From positions 117,963 through 181,962 of the forward strand of contig JAWCJE010000001.1 in the NCBI GenBank assembly GCA_038853715.1: a stretch of DNA of 64,000 nucleotides. Direction: 5' to 3'. The DNA comes from Candidatus Nezhaarchaeales archaeon. GTDB taxonomy: Archaea > Thermoproteota > Methanomethylicia > Nezhaarchaeales > JAWCJE01. Numbering within the stretch: the first letter of the stretch is position 1; each line of letters opens with the position of its first letter. The position numbers and the translations under genes are program-made. The notes under the pieces were generated by a model, which was not told where the DNA came from, did no database searches, and saw only the letters and a list, made by a program, of their open reading frames with translations. Shown piece after piece: positions 58,315 through 64,000 of this stretch.

Positions 58315-58494
58315 ATGCCTCTCGATAGCCTTGCGCGATGGCTCAGCAGGAAGATAAAGCGGAATGGAAAAAGGGTTCAAAGAGCTATAAGGCAACTCGT
58401 CAAAGACGGATATCTCATACTCCACAAAAGGGGAGAAACGGCCTCATTAAATCCAGCAAGAAGTAGGGAAACCTTAGAGCTTATCGGAACTTAA
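58315..58494 (+). CDS. Possible 59-aa small wHTH-like protein (below the ORF-track cutoff).
   Basis: 'MPLDSLARWLSRKIKRNGKRVQRAIRQLVKDGYLILHKRGETASLNPARSRETLELIGT', found by translating by eye within the low-GC islet. Confidence 0.25.
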   Translation: MPLDSLARWLSRKIKRNGKRVQRAIRQLVKDGYLILHKRGETASLNPARSRETLELIGT

Positions 58495-58775
58495 GGAAAC
58501 TCCACGCATCAACAGAACTCTTTTAGAGCATAGTGAATCTTTCCACATGGTAAATTATGAAAGGCAGTTTTACATACTAACAGGAAACTTTCTTCTTTCG
58601 CTTTGGATATTCTCCAAAAGTCTAGCAGACCTCTTAACCCTCAATTCCGATCAGGAGAAAGTAGCCCCAACTTGCTTGTAAACTTGCTAGACTCGAACTA
58701 AATTTGTGGCGCCGCCTACTCGAGGCCTTACCCTTCGTTAAGCCTTGCGGTAACTAGTAAAAAAATGGCGGGGTT

Positions 58776-59900
58776 TTACCGCCCTTGATCAGGTGGAGGC
58801 GTACCCGGCGGCGCCGGTAGGGTTAGGGGTGTTCTAAGCCAAAACGCGTTATGAGCTATGAGGGCTGGGGCTAGTACGCATAGGTTAAAGTATATTATGG
58901 CTAGGTTCACGTCGAAAAACGCGAGTCCTACAGCAGCTGCAGTAGCTGCTAGCGGTGAAAGTATTAGGGTTAGTAGGGAAGCCCAGATGGCTGTTAGTAC
59001 GATCACGATGACGAAGCTAAGCATACCCCTCTTCGGCTGCTTATACTGAGCTACGCCGGTAAAGGAGAACATCCAGGAGAAGGTTAAGGACCAGAATATT
59101 ATCGACGACGCCACGGCCCCGAAGGAGAAGGTGGGGCTTACCCCCGCCCTTAAACCGCCCTCCCAGCATACGTAGGCCAGTACGAGGCTAACCAGTGTTT
59201 GAGCAACCGCCATACCCGGCTGCTTAAGCTTTCCGAAGGGCCACCCCTGGGTTACGAAGATGGGTGAGAACACGAAGAACCACGCTATATGCCACACTAA
59301 GAAGCCCACCAACCAGTCGATTGGGATGGGCCCCTTAGGGTCAAAGGGTGTTCCAGCCAGTGGTGTTCCCTGTAGGTTTACTAGCGTAAGCCACATGATG
59401 GACGCTACTAGGTAGATAACGACGGCCGCTATCGGGATCATGGCCCACGGCTTAACGCGGCCGGCGAAGGGCCAGCAGCCCCAGTTAATACACCAGAGGA
59501 GGGTCGTCCAGAAGGCTAGTACGCCGAACCAGAGGAAGAAGGGGAATATCGGCCACCTCGGGTATACGTAGTGCATGAAGGCTACGTTCACCGCTACTAT
59601 AATCCACCAGATAACGGTCATACCTAGGCCCGTTAACCCCCTACTTACGCCGGGTTTCCACCTTCCAGCTGGAGGAGCTAGAGGCCAGTTTCCACCGGCA
59701 ACAGCCAGTATTCCGAGCCAAACCAACATTATGAGGGAGCCCGGTAGAAAGCCTGTTACAACTAGGCCTACTGAAGGTAGGTATGTGAAGGCCGCTAAGC
59801 CGAAAACGGTGAGGGCTACGAACTGGATTAACGCAGCCTTAGGCCCGGTGGGGCCTATACCTATTTTAGGAGGAGCTTCCTTCCCGCTCACCTTTTCCAC
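58776..59900 (-). CDS. Polytopic, Trp-rich integral membrane protein, a possible transporter. A hairpin plus T-tract terminator lies at its 3' end.
   Basis: 374 aa with about 10 hydrophobic helices. The hairpin 'ggcggtaaaaccccgcc' followed by 'ttttttt' (minus strand) sits at the stop codon. Confidence 0.55.
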   Translation of the reverse strand: MEKVSGKEAPPKIGIGPTGPKAALIQFVALTVFGLAAFTYLPSVGLVVTGFLPGSLIMLVWLGILAVAGGNWPLAPPAGRWKPGVSRGLTGLGMTVIWWIIVAVNVAFMHYVYPRWPIFPFFLWFGVLAFWTTLLWCINWGCWPFAGRVKPWAMIPIAAVVIYLVASIMWLTLVNLQGTPLAGTPFDPKGPIPIDWLVGFLVWHIAWFFVFSPIFVTQGWPFGKLKQPGMAVAQTLVSLVLAYVCWEGGLRAGVSPTFSFGAVASSIIFWSLTFSWMFSFTGVAQYKQPKRGMLSFVIVIVLTAIWASLLTLILSPLAATAAAVGLAFFDVNLAIIYFNLCVLAPALIAHNAFWLRTPLTLPAPPGTPPPDQGR

Positions 59901-60054
59901 CTAGGTTAGGTTTAGAACGTTGAAGGAAGTATTTATGCATGTTTAACGCTTTACGGTTAATAGCCTCAACATTTTTCGAGTCCATTTAACCGTGAAACGT
60001 TAAACAATACATAAGTATTGAGTCCACACCACCTCTACTTCAAGGTGGTTTTTA

Positions 60055-61917
60055 ATGAGTAGGGAGGAACGCTTTCCATTCCCCGAGGAAGTAAAGATAC
60101 CTCCGGAGCTAGAAGGATGGGAGGAGATGTATCCTTCACATTACCTCTTCAGTAAGGAGAGGGAGGAGTGGGAGAAGAGGCACTTCTGGTACCACGATAA
60201 AATACACGGCCCGGACCCAATGTACCCGCTGGATTTAATCTTTCACGAGGCGTGGCAAGCAGCCCTAGCCCAGTATACAACGAGAACGTTCGCGATACCG
60301 CCAGCTCAGGGAGTAGCTCAGAGGATTTTGGGCTGCTACTTCTACATAGCCGCGGTTGAACCGCCGCCCGAAGAGGTTGTAAAGGAGAAGGCTGAACTGT
60401 TTAAGAAGCGCGTGTTGGACTTCGTCTTTAAGGAGTACGGCCCTAAGATGTGGGAGTCGTGGCTTAAGAGGTTTAGGGAGCTTGGTGAAAAGATGGCGCG
60501 GATCGAAGTACCCCAGGAGCTACCGAAGTACGAAAGCGACGACGTAGTTTTCCCAGAGCCGCGCGGGTATTCAACGGCGCATAAACTTGTGGAAGCGTGG
60601 AACGAGTTAATTAACTACCTGTATAGGGGGTGGCAGTACCACTTCCAGTACTTAAATTTAACCTACCTAGCGTACTTGATGTTTACGGATCTTTGTAAGA
60701 AGCTATTCCCCGGAATTAGCGATAGCGCCATAGGGAAAATGGTGGCCGGAGCCTACGTACAAATGTTCCGCCCGGAGGAAGAGCTGTGTAGACTGGCTAG
60801 GTTGGCCATTACCTTGCCGGGTGTACCCGAGGTCCTGAAGAAGGATGTTCCGGCTAAGCAGAAGATGGAGGAGCTCTCTAAGTTTACCGAGGGAAAAATA
60901 TGGCTTGAGGAGTACAAGAAGATAGAGGACCCGTGGCTATACGTTTCGTGCGGTAGTGGATGGTACCACTACGAGGGAAGCTGGATAACTCACCCGGACG
61001 TACCCTTCGGGTACCTCAAAAGCTACATTGAAAGGTTGGAGAAGGGGGAAAGGATCGAGAGGAGGCTCGAGGAAATAGATAAGAGGAGGGAGGAAATAGT
61101 TGCCGAGTACCGCAAGCTTATAAAGACCGAGGAAGATAGGAAAGCCTTCGACGAAGCCTATAGGCTATGTAGAAGGATTTACACCTACGCCGAGGACCAC
61201 CTCTTCTGGGTGGAGCACTGGTTCCATACTATCTGGTTTAGGAAGGTGAGGGAGTTTGGAAACGTATTCGTTAAGTACGGCTTCGTAAAGGAGGTGGACG
61301 ACATATTCCTGTTTAACAGGTTTGAGATACCGGTAATGATCGAGGACTTAAACATTGCGTGGTCGCTGGGTGAAGGAGTACCTCCGAGGGCTAAGTACTG
61401 GCGGGAGAAGGCTGAGAAACGTAAGAAGATTCTAGAGGCAGCTAAGAAGTGGACGCCACCACCGGCGCTAGGAATACCCCCGAAGGAGGTTGTGGAGCCC
61501 TTCACGGTAATGCTGTGGGGTATTACAACGGAAAAGGTGAAGGAGTGGTTGAAGGGAGTTGTCGTTAAGCTGGAGGAAATAACCGAGATTAAGGGGTTCC
61601 CGTCCTCCTCAGGCCTCGTTGAAGGGCCCGCCAGAGTAATTAAGCTGGTGGATCAGATAGGAGAAGTACAACCCGGTGAAATTCTAGTGTGTCCCAATAC
61701 CAATCCTGCGTGGGCACCCGTGTTTACGAAGATTAAAGCCGCCGTAACCGATATCGGCGGGATAACTTCTCACGCCGCAATAGTAAGCAGGGAGTACGGC
61801 CTACCGGCGGTAACGGGTACAGGTATTGCCACCTCGGTGATTAAAACCGGAGACATGATAAGGGTTGATGGAGATAGGGGAGTAGTTACAATCCTAAGCC
61901 GAGCCGCGCAAACGTAA
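60055..61917 (+). CDS. PEP-utilising-enzyme mobile (phosphohistidine) domain protein, phenylphosphate-synthase alpha-subunit-like (lacks the ATP-grasp domain).
   Basis: 620 aa. The C-terminal 'TDIGGITSHAAIVSREYGLPAVTGTG' is the phospho-His swivel domain of PEP synthase/PPDK. It has a long unique N-terminal region. Confidence 0.7.
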   Translation: MSREERFPFPEEVKIPPELEGWEEMYPSHYLFSKEREEWEKRHFWYHDKIHGPDPMYPLDLIFHEAWQAALAQYTTRTFAIPPAQGVAQRILGCYFYIAAVEPPPEEVVKEKAELFKKRVLDFVFKEYGPKMWESWLKRFRELGEKMARIEVPQELPKYESDDVVFPEPRGYSTAHKLVEAWNELINYLYRGWQYHFQYLNLTYLAYLMFTDLCKKLFPGISDSAIGKMVAGAYVQMFRPEEELCRLARLAITLPGVPEVLKKDVPAKQKMEELSKFTEGKIWLEEYKKIEDPWLYVSCGSGWYHYEGSWITHPDVPFGYLKSYIERLEKGERIERRLEEIDKRREEIVAEYRKLIKTEEDRKAFDEAYRLCRRIYTYAEDHLFWVEHWFHTIWFRKVREFGNVFVKYGFVKEVDDIFLFNRFEIPVMIEDLNIAWSLGEGVPPRAKYWREKAEKRKKILEAAKKWTPPPALGIPPKEVVEPFTVMLWGITTEKVKEWLKGVVVKLEEITEIKGFPSSSGLVEGPARVIKLVDQIGEVQPGEILVCPNTNPAWAPVFTKIKAAVTDIGGITSHAAIVSREYGLPAVTGTGIATSVIKTGDMIRVDGDRGVVTILSRAAQT

Positions 61918-62009
61918 GTAGCTTTAACCCCTTTATCTACTAGATAACGGCTTTACTTACTCCACAACCTTTTTTAACCTATAAAACAGGGGATTTATGG
62001 TGGAACTTA

Positions 62010-63068
62010 TTGAGCTACGCGTTAAGGTTTGAAGAAATAGATAAGTCCTCCCTACCCTTGGTAGGCGGTAAAAACGCTAGTCTAGGGGAGTTGATTAAAG
62101 CAGGCTTTAGGGTACCTCCAGGCTTTGCTGTTACTACCGCTAGCTACATTAAGTTTATTACGGCGACCGGGATTAAGGAGTCGATATACGAGGCGCTGTC
62201 AGCCGTTAAACCTGACGACGACGCTTCAATTAACGAAGCCAGCGCAAGGATTCGCAGCCTATTCGAGAAGGCTCAAATACCTAAGGACGTCGAGCAGGAG
62301 ATAAGGAAGAACTACCTTGCCCTATGCGAGGTATGCGGACGTGAAAACGTACCAGTAGCGGTACGATCCAGTGCTACCGCCGAAGACGTACCAACGGCGA
62401 GCTTCGCCGGGCAGCAGGAAACATACCTATGGGTTAGAGGGGCTGACGAGGTGACCGGTAAGGTTAAGAAGTGCTGGTCAAGCCTGTTTACCCCCCGCGC
62501 TATATCCTACAGGATAAGGATGGGCTTCCCCCACGAAAAGGTCTTTATGAGTGTTGGTGTTCAAAAAATGGTAAATGCTAAGTCAGCCGGGGTAATGTTC
62601 ACGCTTGACCCTACAACCGGCGACCCCTCTAGAATAGTGATTGAGGCTAACTGGGGCTTAGGCGAAGCCGTGGTTTCAGGCTCCGTAAACCCCGATAGGT
62701 TCTCCGTGGATAAGGTACTGCTTGAAATAAGCGAGAAGAAGATATCGGTTAAAGAGGTAATGTCGGCCTTAGACCCCGTGAAGAAGGAGGTAGTATTAGT
62801 AAGTACGCCGCCGGAGAAGCGAAATAGCCCCTGCCTAAACGATGAAGAGGTTATAGAGCTGGCGAAAAACGGGAAGCGGATCGAGGAACACTACGGATGC
62901 CCCCAAGACATCGAGTGGGCTATAGACCTCGACCTATTCTTCCCCGATAACGTGTTTATCGTTCAAAGCCGTCCCGAAACCGTTTGGAGCCAACGTAAGA
63001 GGGAGGTAATTTTTCGCGGTAAAAGCGTAAACGATTTAATATGGGAAAGCGTCTTTAAAAAGCGTTAA
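62010..63068 (+). CDS. PEP-synthase/PPDK N-terminal nucleotide-binding (ATP-grasp) domain protein, phenylphosphate-synthase beta-subunit-like.
   Basis: 352 aa with a TTG start. 'LPLVGGKNASLGELI' is the pyruvate phosphate dikinase PEP/pyruvate-binding (PPDK_N) signature. It is a separate polypeptide from the His-domain protein. Confidence 0.7.
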   Translation: MSYALRFEEIDKSSLPLVGGKNASLGELIKAGFRVPPGFAVTTASYIKFITATGIKESIYEALSAVKPDDDASINEASARIRSLFEKAQIPKDVEQEIRKNYLALCEVCGRENVPVAVRSSATAEDVPTASFAGQQETYLWVRGADEVTGKVKKCWSSLFTPRAISYRIRMGFPHEKVFMSVGVQKMVNAKSAGVMFTLDPTTGDPSRIVIEANWGLGEAVVSGSVNPDRFSVDKVLLEISEKKISVKEVMSALDPVKKEVVLVSTPPEKRNSPCLNDEEVIELAKNGKRIEEHYGCPQDIEWAIDLDLFFPDNVFIVQSRPETVWSQRKREVIFRGKSVNDLIWESVFKKR

Positions 63069-63125
63069 CGTAGCTGTTACGTATTCTACTTCCGTAATAG
63101 CTATAAAACTGGTAAGTCAAGGTGG

Positions 63126-64000
63126 CTACCGGCTAAATACCTTTTCAAGCTCCTCTACCAAGGCCTCCGCGAAGAATGGTTCGTTTATATGGGCCTCTAC
63201 TTCCACTATCGGTATCTTCGGGCTTAAGCGTTTTCTTAACTCCTCTACGAAGAGTTCTATGAGCCTCCTACTATAAAACCCCGTTTTCTCGCTATCCACC
63301 TCTGACCATCCTTTAAGCGGGACTAGGAAGCGTGTTGGCCCTCGAGCGTTGTTAAGCCTTTCAGCTATGAGTTTAGATAGAGTTAAAAGATCCTCCTCTG
63401 AGGAGCGGATAACGAAGCGGAAGTCCTTCTTAAAGTGCGGCCGGCTTTTTAACTCGCTTCTTAGCTCCTTTAAAACTATGCAATCTAAGCCTCCGGGGGC
63501 GACGATTAACGGTATTCCTCGTTGCCCCGCCTCCTTAAGCCTATTGGGTTTAACGTTGCCGCAGAAACCTCCATACATACTATCTAGGAGTTCGTGGAGC
63601 GTTACGTCGATCACGGCGTCTAGGAGGCCCTGCTTAACGAATTCCTCCATCGTTGAGCCTCCTATACCGTTAGCGTGGAACGCGACCGCCTGAAAGCCTT
63701 TACTATTTAACCTAGGTTTAAGCTCGTTAACGCAAGGAGTCGTATAACCGAACATGGATACGCCTACCTTAGGCTGTCCGGTTAAGCGTAACGGCTCAGC
63801 GTTATTAGCCATTCCGGCTATAGCCCATGCAGCCTCTGAAAGTAGCCTCCTACTTAGATCGTTAAGGCCTGCTAAATCAACGACGCAGTGCATCATACAT
63901 ATGTCGGAGGTATCTACGAACTCGGCGATATCCCTCGACATGACCGTTGATAGCATAAACTTAGGCAGGCCGAAGGGGAGGGCCCTCATAGCCGCGGTGG
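63126..64000 (-). CDS. UPF0261 (Tm-1-like) family paralog; the N-terminus lies beyond the window end.
   Basis: 'MRALPFGLPKFMLS...' and the C-terminal region are homologous to the 49735..51000 protein. The ORF is still open at position 64000. Confidence 0.6.
   Translation of the reverse strand, partial: TAAMRALPFGLPKFMLSTVMSRDIAEFVDTSDICMMHCVVDLAGLNDLSRRLLSEAAWAIAGMANNAEPLRLTGQPKVGVSMFGYTTPCVNELKPRLNSKGFQAVAFHANGIGGSTMEEFVKQGLLDAVIDVTLHELLDSMYGGFCGNVKPNRLKEAGQRGIPLIVAPGGLDCIVLKELRSELKSRPHFKKDFRFVIRSSEEDLLTLSKLIAERLNNARGPTRFLVPLKGWSEVDSEKTGFYSRRLIELFVEELRKRLSPKIPIVEVEAHINEPFFAEALVEELEKVFSR

Noticed and set aside
1-64000. CRISPR arrays, rRNA and tRNA genes.
   Set aside because: No regularly spaced direct repeats of 25-40 bp were seen, and no rRNA-like ORF-free blocks. 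No convincing T-arm/anticodon-arm pattern turned up in the ORF-free regions. A tool such as tRNAscan-SE would be needed to exclude intron-containing tRNAs.

Overview
Archaeal chromosomal segment, about 50% GC, with crenarchaeal/TACK-like coding style: many GTG/TTG starts, short overlapping gene junctions, and TATA-like boxes close to start codons. Gene content is mostly housekeeping and central metabolism. The window starts inside the glycine-cleavage genes (gcvPB C-terminus, gcvH). It also carries mevalonate kinase, aspartate aminotransferase, archaeal phosphoglycerate mutase (apgM), a pgk-gap operon, ATP-dependent DNA ligase, two EndoIII-type glycosylases, deoxyhypusine synthase, a JAMM protease, Tsr3, and pyruvoyl-dependent arginine decarboxylase. 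An 11-gene Mrp/Mbh-type antiporter operon sits on the minus strand at 15.2-24.5 kb. Accessory features are two low-GC islets carrying HTH regulators, two repeated small-element families (a ~100-bp inverted-repeat element in 3 copies and a ~103-nt stem-loop element in 2 copies), a degraded TnpB-like remnant, a duplicated pgk fragment, and a perfect 3 x 84-bp tandem repeat inside a coiled-coil gene. The most system-like locus is at 48-64 kb: a split PEP-synthase-like pair (phenylphosphate-synthase-like), UbiD/UbiX, a CoA ligase, a cytoplasmic molybdopterin oxidoreductase, two UPF0261 paralogs, a TrmB regulator and a membrane protein. I read this as a candidate aromatic phosphorylation/(de)carboxylation pathway. 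A second candidate is a RimK/LysX-like ATP-grasp ligase next to a zinc-ribbon protein ending in ...GEAWE. I found no CRISPR arrays, rRNA or confident tRNA genes by eye. All calls are from reading motifs in the supplied translations and sequence; no searches were run.
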